Part shown: positions 35,840 through 44,787 of the stretch, piece after piece
How the letters are laid out: each line of letters begins with the position of its first letter
Numbering within the stretch: the first letter of the stretch is position 1
Assembly (NCBI GenBank): GCA_965231055.1
Contig: OZ246411.1
Coordinates: 665,875-729,874 of the forward strand
Length of the DNA: 64,000 nucleotides
Source of the DNA: an uncultured Candidatus Saccharibacteria bacterium
Lineage (GTDB): Bacteria; Patescibacteriota; CALEFQ01; G965231055
Direction: 5' to 3'
The notes under the pieces: generated by a model
What the model was told of the DNA's origin: nothing
The model's input: the letters and a program-made list of their open reading frames with translations, nothing else
Databases searched by the model: none
Position numbers and translations under genes: made by a program

Positions 35840-36532
35840 TTATAAAACGTATTTTCCTTCTTTTTGATCGCGTATCAATCTCCCCTTATCCATTGTGATA
35901 ACTCTTTTCTTTATCGTATTGATTATATCTTTGTTGTGAGTTACAAGTAGCGTAGTTGTGCCCATCTGATTGATCTTCATAATAAGCTCAATAATTTCCC
36001 AAGCATTGATAGAGTCTAGGTTACCAGTAGGCTCGTCCGCAATAAGAATTTTAGGTTCGTGAATCATGGCGCGCGCTATCGCAACTCTTTGCTTTTCTCC
36101 TCCGGAGAGTTGATTTGGAAAATGATCAGCTTCTTCCTTTAAACCTACCAAATCAAGCATCTTTGGTACTCTACTTTTTATTTCTTTATCAGTTAGTCCA
36201 CAAACTTGCATAGCGAAAGCGACATTTTCATAAGCTGTCTTTTTTTCTAGCAGTTTAAAATCCTGAAACACAACACCCACAGTTTTGCGAAGCTTTGGAA
36301 CTTGGCTTTTCTTTATACTGTCAATATTGAAATTATCAACCTTAACCGTTCCTTCATCTGGAAACTCCTCAGCTATCAAAAGTCTTACTAGAGTAGATTT
36401 GCCAGCGCCCGATTGACCCACCAAAGAAACAAACTCGCCTGATTCTATTTCAAAACTAACATCGTGGACAGATGGTCTCTTTGCCCCTTCATATTGTTTT
36501 GTTACATTTTCAAGTTTTATCATTGACATCAC
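35840..36532 (-). CDS. ftsE: Cell division ATP-binding protein FtsE
   Basis: Walker A GQSGAGKST, ABC signature LSGGEKQRVAIARA, Walker B ILIADEPTGNLD. Confidence 0.85.
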   Translation of the reverse strand: MMSMIKLENVTKQYEGAKRPSVHDVSFEIESGEFVSLVGQSGAGKSTLVRLLIAEEFPDEGTVKVDNFNIDSIKKSQVPKLRKTVGVVFQDFKLLEKKTAYENVAFAMQVCGLTDKEIKSRVPKMLDLVGLKEEADHFPNQLSGGEKQRVAIARAMIHEPKILIADEPTGNLDSINAWEIIELIMKINQMGTTTLLVTHNKDIINTIKKRVITMDKGRLIRDQKEGKYVL

Positions 36533-36545
36533 TTGTTATTTTATA

Positions 36546-37611
36546 CTAAAGCTGGTTTAATCGCAAAAAAGAATCCACAAATCCAGTTAGCTTACCTCCC
36601 AAAACCGCTTCAACATCCTTTTCTTCGTATTTTGTACGGTGATCTTTGACCAATTTATATGGATGGAGCACATAAGATCTGATTTGATTTCCCCATTCTA
36701 CAGAAATATGTTCCCCTTTCGCCTTTTTACGTTCTTTCTGAGCTAGCTCATACATACGCAGACCTATTTTTGAATACAATATCTTCATCGCCCTATCTTT
36801 GTTTTGAGCTTGAGATCTTTCAGACTGACAAGTAGCAACAAGCTTTGAGGGTAAATGAGTAATACGCACAGCCGAATCTGTCTTGTTTACATGCTGACCT
36901 CCGGCCCCTGAAGCTCTATAAGTATCTACTTTCAAATCCTTGGGATCTATTTCCACCTCAACCACATCTATCTCAGGAACTACTTCTACTAAAGCAAATG
37001 AAGTGTGTCTCGCCTTGTCTGCATCATAAGGTGAAATTCTAACAAGTCGGTGAACTCCTGATTCGGATTTGAGATATCCATACGCATTTACGCCAGTAAC
37101 CATAATTGAGGCGCTTTTGATTCCAGCTTCCATTCCCTTGTGTTCGTGTAAAACTGAAACGGAAAAACCTTTTTTGTCGGAATATCTCACGATCATCCTC
37201 ATAAGCATTTCGGCAAAATCCTGAGCATCTACTCCACCAGCTCCTGCAGAAAAAGATACTATCGCATTTCTTCGGTCATATTTCCCTGAAAAAAATGTTT
37301 CAATCTCTTTTTCATCAATTTTTTTTGCTAGTTCCGAAATTTCTTTTGAAGCATCCTCACCTGCTTTTTCAAATTCTTCGATAGCTTCAATTTCACCATC
37401 TAGCGTCTTCCAAAAACTCACCTGTTTTTTTAACGCTTCCAATTCCTGCATTTTCTTACTCGCCGAAGCATGATTATCCCAAAAACCAGGACTCACAGTT
37501 TCTTCTTCTATTTGTTTTATCTCTTTTTCTTTCTGATCAAGGTCAAAGACAGTCCTTAACCGAGAGCACTTTTTTCTTTATATCGTCTATCTGTTTGTTT
37601 GTATTTTCCAT
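36546..37611 (-). CDS. prfB: Peptide chain release factor 2, with programmed +1 ribosomal frameshift (ORF1 37611..37546, +1 shift at CUU UGA C, ORF2 37544..36546)
   Basis: Upstream frame reads MENTNKQIDDIKKKVLSVKDCL then UGA. The +1 frame continues DLDQKEKEIKQIEEETVSPGFWDN into the RF2 body, which has SPYDADKARHTSFA and GGQ (GAGGQHVNKTDSAVR). An SD-like AAGGA lies upstream of the CUU UGA C shift site. Confidence 0.8.
37542..37548 (-). promoter_or_regulatory. RF2 autoregulatory +1 frameshift site CTT TGA C
   Basis: Reverse complement of GTCAAAG at 37542-37548. In-frame UGA after codon 22 with an SD-like AAGGAC upstream, matching the classical prfB frameshift context. Confidence 0.75.
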
Positions 37612-37692
37612 ATTGAGTACTGAATAGCTATTATATCAAATAAACGACATCAATTCAATAAAAAACTCCCCGAAATCTCGGGGAGTCTATAA

Positions 37693-37896
37693 TTATCTTA
37701 CTTTTCTTTTGGTAGAAGCCTTTTTGTCTTGATATAGCGTATGAATCCCTTCGTTTCCAAACAACACTCCAATTCCCCACAAGATCAAGAATGCAGGCCA
37801 AATATAAGAAACACCCTCAACCACACCTGCGGTTTCCAAGAATAAAGCAAAACCAGCCAAAATGGCTATTATTGCTGTATAATTTTTTATGCCCAT
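37693..37896 (-). CDS. Small hypothetical membrane protein (2 TM)
   Basis: 67 aa with two hydrophobic helices and a basic C-terminal tail. No recognisable domain. Confidence 0.3.
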   Translation of the reverse strand: MGIKNYTAIIAILAGFALFLETAGVVEGVSYIWPAFLILWGIGVLFGNEGIHTLYQDKKASTKRKVR

Positions 37897-37967
37897 AAAA
37901 CACCTCCCTTCATTTTGTTTTTATTTTAGAAATTTATTATATCACTCGCAGTGAATCCGTAAAAGCC

Positions 37968-38597
37968 CTATTTTTGGTTTGCAAATTTACACATACTGTT
38001 TAATTTGCATCGAGCGCAATTGGGAGAGCGAGAAAAACAGACTTCTTTACCAAATCTCACAAAAATTCTATTTATATAAATCCAATCTTTCTCTTTGTAT
38101 ATTTGTTTTAGTGCCGATTCAGTACTTTCTGGCGTTTTGGTTTTTATTATACCGATGCGATTGAAAATTCTATGAACATGAACGTCGACTGCGATTGCTG
38201 GTTTTTTGAACGCATAATTGATTACGCAACTAGCGGTCTTTCGTCCTACTCCCGGTAACTGAATTAGCTCAGTCATCGATGAAGGAACTATGCCCCTATA
38301 TTTTTCTACAATAATTTTGGAAGTATTTATTAGATTTTTGGATTTACTTCCCGCAAGTCCAGAAGGCTTAACGATCTTTTCAACTTTATCCCTATCAGCA
38401 TCGGCTAGTTTTTTTACATTACCGTAAATCGCAAAAAGCTTTTTACTAACTTTTGCGGTAGTCTCATCTTTGGTGCGCTGTGAAATTATAGTAGAAACCA
38501 AAACCCTGAATGGATCACCAAACTCCACAACGCTCTTGTCCAAGAAATCTTGCTTAAGGATATTTAGTATTTTGTAAGCTTTGGTGTTTACGGTCAT
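37968..38597 (-). CDS. nth: Endonuclease III (HhH-GPD DNA glycosylase with 4Fe-4S cluster)
   Basis: HhH-GPD LPGVGRKTASCV, catalytic Lys/Asp region, and C-terminal C-x6-C-x2-C-x5-C (CFSRSPNCARCKLNSMC). Confidence 0.8.
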   Translation of the reverse strand: MTVNTKAYKILNILKQDFLDKSVVEFGDPFRVLVSTIISQRTKDETTAKVSKKLFAIYGNVKKLADADRDKVEKIVKPSGLAGSKSKNLINTSKIIVEKYRGIVPSSMTELIQLPGVGRKTASCVINYAFKKPAIAVDVHVHRIFNRIGIIKTKTPESTESALKQIYKEKDWIYINRIFVRFGKEVCFSRSPNCARCKLNSMCKFANQK

Positions 38598-38782
38598 TAT
38601 TTAGCTTTTGAAATTTTTAGTTTTGCGCTACTAAGTATCCCGGTTAGTTTTTTGTGGATTTCTTTTGACTCTTCAACTAGCTTCAATCCCTCATCAACAT
38701 CAATTTCAGCAGAATCTAAAATCCCAGAAATTTCTTCTAGTCTTTTGTATAGTTCTTGAAAATTGGCTTTTTTCTTTATCAT
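38597..38782 (-). CDS. xseB: Exodeoxyribonuclease VII small subunit
   Basis: 61 aa helical protein, FQELYKRLEEISGILDSAEIDVDEGLKLVEESKEIHKKL, consistent with XseB. Directly downstream of xseA. Confidence 0.7.
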   Translation of the reverse strand: MIKKKANFQELYKRLEEISGILDSAEIDVDEGLKLVEESKEIHKKLTGILSSAKLKISKAK

Positions 38783-38798
38783 TTGTAGAAATTATTTA

Positions 38799-39917
38799 TT
38801 ATTTTTTGATACGTTTAGCTTTTATTCTTCCGTCGTTGAATTGAAGATCAAATACACTGTTTGGCGCTACATCATGCTTTGATTTCATGATCTTTCCGTT
38901 TTGATGCGCTATGGCATAACCCCTAGTCAAAAGCTTTTGGGGACTCAGAGAGTTGATGATCGAAAAAAATCTATCTATATTGTTTTTCTTTAATTCTATG
39001 GAGTTTTTGAAATTGGCAATGATTCCTTCTAGCGTTTTATCGATATACTTTTGCATTTCGGAAGTTTTTTCTTGATACTTAAGTATTTTCGAAAGTATCA
39101 TGTCTATTGATTGCATTAGCTCTCTCATATCTGGAGCGACCTCTTCCGCAGCATTTGAGGGTGTAGAAGAGCGATGATCAGCCACAAGCTCGGCTATGGT
39201 CACGTCTTTTTCGTGTCCTATAGCTACGACCACTGGAATTTTTGAGCTGGCTATGGCCCTCGCGATTTCTTCAGAGTTATATCCCATCAAATCTTCGAGA
39301 GATCCTCCACCTCGTGTTACCACTAGAACATCAATATCTGTTTTTTGATTGAAATAATTGATAGCACTTACTACGCTCTTCGCGCACTTATCACCCTGAA
39401 CAAAAACATCATGCAAAATCACTTCCGCCAGAGGAAACCTAGCACCCAAAATTTTGATAAAATCTTTTGAGGCAGCACCATCTTTGGAAGTAACAAGTCC
39501 TATTTTTTGTGGAAACTCGGGAAGAGCTCTCTTTCTAGACTCATCAAATAATCCCTCTTTTTGAAGTTTGATTTTTAATTCCTCAATTTGTTTTTGAAGT
39601 TTGCCCTGACCAAGCTCCTCTATTTCAAGAATTTTGAGCTGAAAATCGCCTCTTTTGGCATAGAGTGTCGCTTGAGCAAAAACACAAATCTCTTTTCCAG
39701 CCTGAAGAACCACTCCGGATTTCTGAATCACCTCACTAGTCACCACACATTTGATCTGGGATTTTTCATCCTGCAAAACCAAATAGTTGTACCACCAATT
39801 TGGAGATGAATTGTATTCCTGCACTTCACCCTTGACCCAAACATTTAGATTTTCAAGGAGCCCCTTGGCTTCAAGGTTTATTTCGGTAACTGTAAAAATC
39901 TTTTTATCTTCACTCAT
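38799..39917 (-). CDS. xseA: Exodeoxyribonuclease VII large subunit
   Basis: N-terminal OB-fold (VWVKGEVQEYNSSPNWWYNYLVLQD) and catalytic core TRGGGSLEDL...VAIGHEKD. Confidence 0.8.
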   Translation of the reverse strand: MSEDKKIFTVTEINLEAKGLLENLNVWVKGEVQEYNSSPNWWYNYLVLQDEKSQIKCVVTSEVIQKSGVVLQAGKEICVFAQATLYAKRGDFQLKILEIEELGQGKLQKQIEELKIKLQKEGLFDESRKRALPEFPQKIGLVTSKDGAASKDFIKILGARFPLAEVILHDVFVQGDKCAKSVVSAINYFNQKTDIDVLVVTRGGGSLEDLMGYNSEEIARAIASSKIPVVVAIGHEKDVTIAELVADHRSSTPSNAAEEVAPDMRELMQSIDMILSKILKYQEKTSEMQKYIDKTLEGIIANFKNSIELKKNNIDRFFSIINSLSPQKLLTRGYAIAHQNGKIMKSKHDVAPNSVFDLQFNDGRIKAKRIKK

Positions 39918-40653
39918 CTTTTTTGTCTTTTATTTTATTTTTGGCGGGACAGATAGACAAGAAATCACAAAATTTACAATATTTATTTATCTTTGGTGAA
40001 AATTCTTTTTGAGATTTTATTTGATCCACTTTATATCCCACATTTTCGATAAGATCAGAATACATCTCATCGTCTATGTCTACTGTATGAAATGTATTGT
40101 CCAAAAGATACCAGTACGAAGCTTTGGCCACTGTTCGTTTTAGTCTGTTTTGGATGATAAACGCGTACATCAGCAACTGCAGATTGCTTTTTTCTGAATC
40201 TGGTTTACCAGTTTTATAATCTATCAAGTGCAATTCTTCATCTTCTACATCTGCTCTATCTATTCTTCCTGAAATTTTGAATTTGTTTTGTATGGGAAAA
40301 TCATAAAAATCTTCAAGAAGCGCTGGCTCTCTTTTTGAATAAGGTGAAGCGCAAAAAACTCTCATCATCTGCACGGCCTTTGTACCCCATTTGTTTTCAT
40401 CTACTCTATCCGTAAAACCTTTTCTATTTTCGGTCCATCTTTCTTTGAGACGCTTTTCCATTTCTTTTGCATTTCTTTGTTCTTTTTTCAAAAGATCATA
40501 ATAATCTTTGAGCGTATTGTGCACATGCGCTCCCATAGTGAGATATGGTTTTGGGGAGGCGTATTTTTCTGCAATTTTATCAATATAAACGCACTTGTAT
40601 TTGAAAGGACAAGTGTCGTAGGTTTCTATTTTGTGAGGGGAAATTGAAAACAA
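39910..40653 (-). CDS. PD-(D/E)xK nuclease, Cas4-like/RecB-family with Fe-S Cys cluster (standalone; no CRISPR array in window)
   Basis: N-terminal Cys (YDTCPFKYKC), PD-(D/E)xK core (GRIDRADVEDEELHLIDYKTGK), and C-terminal CKFCDFLSIC triad, as in Cas4/AddB nuclease domains. Confidence 0.6.
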   Translation of the reverse strand: MFSISPHKIETYDTCPFKYKCVYIDKIAEKYASPKPYLTMGAHVHNTLKDYYDLLKKEQRNAKEMEKRLKERWTENRKGFTDRVDENKWGTKAVQMMRVFCASPYSKREPALLEDFYDFPIQNKFKISGRIDRADVEDEELHLIDYKTGKPDSEKSNLQLLMYAFIIQNRLKRTVAKASYWYLLDNTFHTVDIDDEMYSDLIENVGYKVDQIKSQKEFSPKINKYCKFCDFLSICPAKNKIKDKKDE

Positions 40654-40686
40654 AAATAAAATTAGATCGCTTTCGACTAAACAAGA

Positions 40687-41205
40687 TTAGAATTCACTCA
40701 TCAAAACCAATGCGATTTTTTCTCCAAATTCTTCGGAAGCTTCTGGACCACTCGCTGTAATTATATTTCCTTGGGTTTCGGTAGATACTCCTGAAAAATT
40801 GGCTCCGGCTTTAAGCAAGGTGTCTTTTTCTGATTCAAACGCTGTGGCTCTTATGCCCTGTAAAATTCCAGCATTTGCAAATATCGTAGGAGCAATACAA
40901 ATAGCCCCCAAAACTTTTTTCATTTCATTGGCTTTTCTTACAAGCTCCAATACCTTTTCATCAGTGAAATACACAGAAGCTCCCGATCCACCTATAAACA
41001 CAAATGCGTCAAAGTCTTCTGCATTTACTTCACTAAGCGCAAAATCTGCGGAAACCTTAAAGCCATTGCTACTCACTGCTTCACCTTTTTCTTTGCTTGC
41101 GATTTGGGTTTGAAAGCCATAGTTTTCAATGGCTTCTTTGGTTTTGGTAAATTCTTGGTCATTGAAACCTTGATTTGCCACGATGATAAGTGCTTTTTTG
41201 TCCAT
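40687..41205 (-). CDS. DJ-1/PfpI family protein
   Basis: KKVLGAICIAPTIFANAGIL with nucleophilic Cys in the GAIC motif; 172 aa. Confidence 0.7.
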   Translation of the reverse strand: MDKKALIIVANQGFNDQEFTKTKEAIENYGFQTQIASKEKGEAVSSNGFKVSADFALSEVNAEDFDAFVFIGGSGASVYFTDEKVLELVRKANEMKKVLGAICIAPTIFANAGILQGIRATAFESEKDTLLKAGANFSGVSTETQGNIITASGPEASEEFGEKIALVLMSEF

Positions 41206-41246
41206 AATAAAAAATTTAATCTATATCTAATTATTCTATTCCAAAT

Positions 41247-42392
41247 TTATCTAGCTATCAAGTGCCATATTTCACTCACAGCACCCACAACAAGAATAGC
41301 TATTAAAACAAATATTAGTATCGGGTGAAAGTTAAATGCACATTCTGGCTTTTTCTCTCTCTTTTTCTTTAGCTTTGTGTATATTGTAAGCGAAATAATA
41401 CTAAGAGATCCCACAAAAATAGCTCCAATAAATCCAATCAACGTCGCAAATCCCACAAGATTTAAGGCATAAAGACCAAGTGGAATAGCCACCATCAAAA
41501 TCCATCCTGGGTTTTTGCCCATTTTATAGTCGTATCTATACACTTCCGAAAGAGTATATCCAGTAGTAAAAAATGCCGAGGTCACAGTACAAATTGTGAG
41601 AAATGTACCAGCGGCAAGAATGGGCCAGCCAAGTTTAGTAGCTAAGCTCGCAATAGAATCCTCAGAAACATTTTCAACCCCCACCACACCAATCACAACA
41701 GATACAAAAAGAATATAAATCACGAGAGCTATTGAAACTGCAGTGATCGCTGCGTATTTGAGTTTTTTCTTGTTTCTAGAAAGAATATCATCAGCCATAG
41801 TAAGAGCCACACTCCCCTCAAACGCAAAAAGCACTACTCCAAATGGAATAAAAAAGTTTTTTAGATTCATTCCACCAAAAGATCCAAGATCAATGCTGGG
41901 CGCTCCATATGCAAAGATAAGAATAACGATAATAGCCACTATGGTGACAATTGCGAATTGTATCTTTTTTATAGCCTTTACTCCAAAATAAATACCGATA
42001 CTACAAGCTAGAGTAAAAATAATACCGTAAATTTTTTCGCTCCCTCCAAAAATATTCCCAAACGCTAGATGCAAAACCTTTCCACTAATAATAATATAAG
42101 CAAGCAATACACCATACTGACTTATGACTTGAAGTATCGAAGTAAAAATTTTGGCAGTTTTTCCAAGATACTTTCCAGCATAATCAGGAAGCTGGTGATG
42201 AATACCCTTAGTAGAAAGTTCAATCTCAAGAAAACAAGACATTGTGAGCACAGAAAAACAAGCAAAAGCAAACATATACCCCATCCCAATCCAAAAACCA
42301 ACTTGAGCTATCACATACGGAAGTGCAAAAATACCAACACCCACTATGGTGCCGGTAATCGTAGTTACCGCAAAAAAGAAATTCTTGTTCAT
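41247..42392 (-). CDS. Amino-acid transporter (aromatic/Trp-Tyr permease-like, APC superfamily)
   Basis: 11-TM profile with the N-terminal TITGTIVGVGIFALPYV motif typical of amino-acid permeases. Confidence 0.6.
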   Translation of the reverse strand: MNKNFFFAVTTITGTIVGVGIFALPYVIAQVGFWIGMGYMFAFACFSVLTMSCFLEIELSTKGIHHQLPDYAGKYLGKTAKIFTSILQVISQYGVLLAYIIISGKVLHLAFGNIFGGSEKIYGIIFTLACSIGIYFGVKAIKKIQFAIVTIVAIIVILIFAYGAPSIDLGSFGGMNLKNFFIPFGVVLFAFEGSVALTMADDILSRNKKKLKYAAITAVSIALVIYILFVSVVIGVVGVENVSEDSIASLATKLGWPILAAGTFLTICTVTSAFFTTGYTLSEVYRYDYKMGKNPGWILMVAIPLGLYALNLVGFATLIGFIGAIFVGSLSIISLTIYTKLKKKREKKPECAFNFHPILIFVLIAILVVGAVSEIWHLIAR

Positions 42393-42715
42393 TATTTATT
42401 GGCGTCTTTTTTCTGCAATTTTTGAGAGATAAAAAATCCTAGAAATCCTCCGACTATAGCACCGATCCAAAATCCAGCAGAGCCACATGATTCATATCCA
42501 CCAGAATTAAACAGGTTATCAAGGAATTTATTGCATCCGTGGTTAGCTCCCCATATCATAGATGGGTACCAAGTAATAAGTCCCAAGATGATCGCACTAG
42601 CCAATGAAACGCAAGTAGAGACGACATAGCTTTTGATTTTCGATTCCATCTTTTGTTTATTTATTAATAAGTAAACTATTATACCACACAAAACAAGTGG
42701 CTTGAAATTTAGCAC
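42392..42715 (-). CDS. Small membrane protein with Gly-zipper (GlsB/YeaQ/YmgE-like?)
   Basis: GFWIGAIVGGFLGFFIS glycine-zipper TM helix. The start may be the internal Met (MESKIK). Confidence 0.3.
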   Translation of the reverse strand: MLNFKPLVLCGIIVYLLINKQKMESKIKSYVVSTCVSLASAIILGLITWYPSMIWGANHGCNKFLDNLFNSGGYESCGSAGFWIGAIVGGFLGFFISQKLQKKDANK

Positions 42716-42771
42716 CTCTGCATGTATATTATAAACTATCTATCCTAAATGAGACTACTTAAGAGCATTTT

Positions 42772-42845
42772 GCGGGATTGGTCTAGTGGTAGGACGTAAC
42801 CTTCCCAAGGTTGAGGCGCGAGTTCGATTCTCGTATCCCGCTCCA
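42772..42845 (+). tRNA. tRNA-Gly (anticodon CCC), CCA encoded
   Basis: Manual fold: acceptor GCGGGAT/ATCCCGC, D-arm GTCT-AGTGGTA-GGAC, anticodon arm TAACC-TTCCCAA-GGTTG (CCC), T-arm GCGAG-TTCGATT-CTCGT, discriminator T, CCA. Confidence 0.85.
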
Positions 42846-42892
42846 AGGCTTCATCTCGCAGACTAGCCATCTAAATAGCATATCGATAATTA

Positions 42893-42968
42893 GCCGGCAT
42901 AGCTCAGTTGGTAGAGCAACCCCTTCGTAAGGGGTAGGTCATCAGTTCAAGTCTGATTGCCGGCTCCA
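42893..42968 (+). tRNA. tRNA-Thr (anticodon CGU), CCA encoded
   Basis: Manual fold: acceptor GCCGGCA/TGCCGGC, D-arm GCTC-AGTTGGTA-GAGC, anticodon arm ACCCC-TTCGTAA-GGGGT (CGT), variable AGGTC, T-arm ATCAG-TTCAAGT-CTGAT, discriminator T, CCA. Confidence 0.85.
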
Positions 42969-42976
42969 GTTCTAGA

Positions 42977-42995
42977 GAGATTAGGTTATAGGTTT
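42977..42995 (+). repeat. 19-bp direct repeat copy 1 (GAGATTAGGTTATAGGTTT)
   Basis: Perfect copy at 43034-43052. The intervening DNA is rich in ATTAG(A/G)GG micro-repeats. Confidence 0.7.
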
Positions 42996-43033
42996 TAGAA
43001 GTATTAGTGGAACTAGAGGGATTAGAGGAATTA

Positions 43034-43052
43034 GAGATTAGGTTATAGGTTT
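43034..43052 (+). repeat. 19-bp direct repeat copy 2 (GAGATTAGGTTATAGGTTT)
   Basis: Identical to 42977-42995. Confidence 0.7.
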
Positions 43053-43091
43053 AAGCATCGTTTGAATCTTTTCACATTGAATTCACACTAT

Positions 43092-43175
43092 ACTGTCATG
43101 CTGAACTTGTTTCAGCATCCATATACGGCGTCGAAGACGCCGACTTAGACCCTGAAACAAGTTCAGGGTGACAGT
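43092..43175. other. 84-nt structured element: closing 7-bp stem enclosing three perfect hairpins (four-way junction); candidate small ncRNA or cis element
   Basis: P1 ACTGTCA/TGACAGT. H1 ATGCTGAA-CTTGT-TTCAGCAT. H2 GGCGTC-GAA-GACGCC. H3 CCCTGAA-ACAAG-TTCAGGG. The H1 and H3 cores are reverse complements of each other, with compensatory changes in their outer base pairs. Confidence 0.35.
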
Positions 43176-43268
43176 AAAAGAGGTTTGATCCTGTCTAACG
43201 AAGACTGGGATCCTTCGCATCCCGCTTTGCGGGATACTCAGGATGACCTAAAATATTTCCATAAAAAA

Positions 43269-43289
43269 GAAGCTGGGGTTACCAGCTTC
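43269..43289 (-). terminator. Rho-independent terminator after the PPIase gene
   Basis: GAAGCTGG-GGTTA-CCAGCTTC with UUUUUUAU downstream on the minus strand. Confidence 0.65.
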
Positions 43290-43305
43290 TTTGATTTTTA
43301 AATGT

Positions 43306-44307
43306 TTATTTTACCAGTTTCCAGATCTTTACATCAGACTTATTGGCTGAAAGCCAGTCTTGGAAAGTTTTGGTGACTATCAATATATGCGAAACATCTC
43401 TTTCTTCTCCGCTCTCACCATCTCTAATATCATTTACTCTAATGATATGAAATCCGAATTCAGTTTCCACCAAATCACTCATCGCACCTTTGTCCAAATC
43501 AAACGCAACACTTTCAAACTCGGCTACGGTCAAACCCTTGGTGACCCAGCCCAATTCCCCGCTAGCATCTGCGCTCGAGGGATCATTGCTATATTTCTTG
43601 GCTGCGTCCTCAAAGCTGATAGTTCCAGCCTTGATTTCATCTAGTATTTTTTGGGCATTGAACCTAGCTTCTTCCTTGTATCCATATTCGGTAAGCACTT
43701 TTTCAGAAAGCTTGTCCTGAAGCAGTGATTCTTTGAGAATCTTGTTTTTGAAAGTTCTGATTGAGATACCATATAGATCAGCAACTAGCATTCCTACATC
43801 CTCTCCATTGCTTTGATCTACTACTGACTGGTATTCATCATTTACTTCGGATCTACTCACATTTACATCGTGCTTATCTGCCAAAACATCTACTATTTTA
43901 TTGTCTATAACTCTATCAACTATATCTGCGTCAATTTGCTCCTTCAACTGCTTGCCTTCTTCGGAGTTGAAATCAATTCCGTACTGACTTTCATAAAAGT
44001 TCAAAACTGATTCTCTTGTGATTATATAATCAGAATAAGGAATCATTTCAAGATTCACAAACGCCACAGGATATGGCACATACTCCAAAGTCTTTTTCAC
44101 AAATTTGTTGGTTTCATATTTTGAGGCTAGATCAAATCCATACACACCCACACCAAAACCAATTATAAAAACAAAAAAACAACAAGTTAAAACAATTCCC
44201 ATTAATCCTGCGATTTTTTTGATTTTACTATTGCGAGTATCGCAATTTTTTTTCTCTGACTGATCTGTGATTTGTGGTTTTACCCCGGCTTTTTTAATGC
44301 TGTCCAT
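43306..44307 (-). CDS. Membrane-anchored parvulin-type peptidyl-prolyl isomerase (PrsA/PpiC-like foldase)
   Basis: N-terminal TM. PpiC-type domain ...FEDAAKKYSNDPSSADASGELGWVTKGLTVAEFESVAFDL...ETEFGFHIIRV. Confidence 0.7.
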   Translation of the reverse strand: MDSIKKAGVKPQITDQSEKKNCDTRNSKIKKIAGLMGIVLTCCFFVFIIGFGVGVYGFDLASKYETNKFVKKTLEYVPYPVAFVNLEMIPYSDYIITRESVLNFYESQYGIDFNSEEGKQLKEQIDADIVDRVIDNKIVDVLADKHDVNVSRSEVNDEYQSVVDQSNGEDVGMLVADLYGISIRTFKNKILKESLLQDKLSEKVLTEYGYKEEARFNAQKILDEIKAGTISFEDAAKKYSNDPSSADASGELGWVTKGLTVAEFESVAFDLDKGAMSDLVETEFGFHIIRVNDIRDGESGEERDVSHILIVTKTFQDWLSANKSDVKIWKLVK

Positions 44308-44338
44308 TTTTTATTTTAAAAAATTTATAATCTATTTT

Positions 44339-44767
44339 TTATGAACCTGAGAAATACTTCCACCACTTGTAAATATTTGATTTTGTAAATAAATTTTCTG
44401 TTTTGTTTTCTAGATCACTGTCCTTCTTTTCTACACCAAAATGCTCGACTCTGTCAATATCTCCAGGGATAGCCAAAACCTCTTCTCCTTCCTTTTGCAG
44501 TCCCAATTCCTCGCGTGCCATCTTCTCTCTATAATACTCTGTATTGTAATATTGTAAAAGCCTATCTAGCTGTCTGTTTTCCTCACTTAACATGAAAATC
44601 TGGTTTTCAAGGTCGGAAATCTCCTTGTTTATCTCGTATTTTCGCTTAGCTATGCGAATAAGTGCAAAAAGGATTCCTACCAGTATTATTATTCCAATAA
44701 CCAAAAAAACCTTGGATTGGAGGAATTTTTTGGCTATTGATTCGTTGTTTGAATATGATCGTCTCAA
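44339..44767 (-). CDS. Septum formation initiator family protein (FtsB/DivIC-like)
   Basis: Single N-terminal TM followed by a coiled coil (EINKEISDLENQIFMLSEENRQL) and the REELG motif. Size and architecture match DivIC/FtsB. Confidence 0.5.
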   Translation of the reverse strand: MRRSYSNNESIAKKFLQSKVFLVIGIIILVGILFALIRIAKRKYEINKEISDLENQIFMLSEENRQLDRLLQYYNTEYYREKMAREELGLQKEGEEVLAIPGDIDRVEHFGVEKKDSDLENKTENLFTKSNIYKWWKYFSGS

Positions 44768-44787
44768 TTTTTTTGTAAGTAGCTTAC

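Noticed and set aside
42969-43060. Telomere-like TTAGGG or CRISPR repeat array
   Set aside because: The repeats are only 5-8-nt cores with irregular spacing plus one 19-bp duplication. There is no repeat-spacer periodicity.
43185-43319. 44-aa TTG-initiated ORF with AAAGAGG SD inside the structured intergenic region
   Set aside because: The peptide has odd composition and runs through several strong hairpins and into the terminator of the convergent gene. There is no homology support. It is mentioned only as a possibility.
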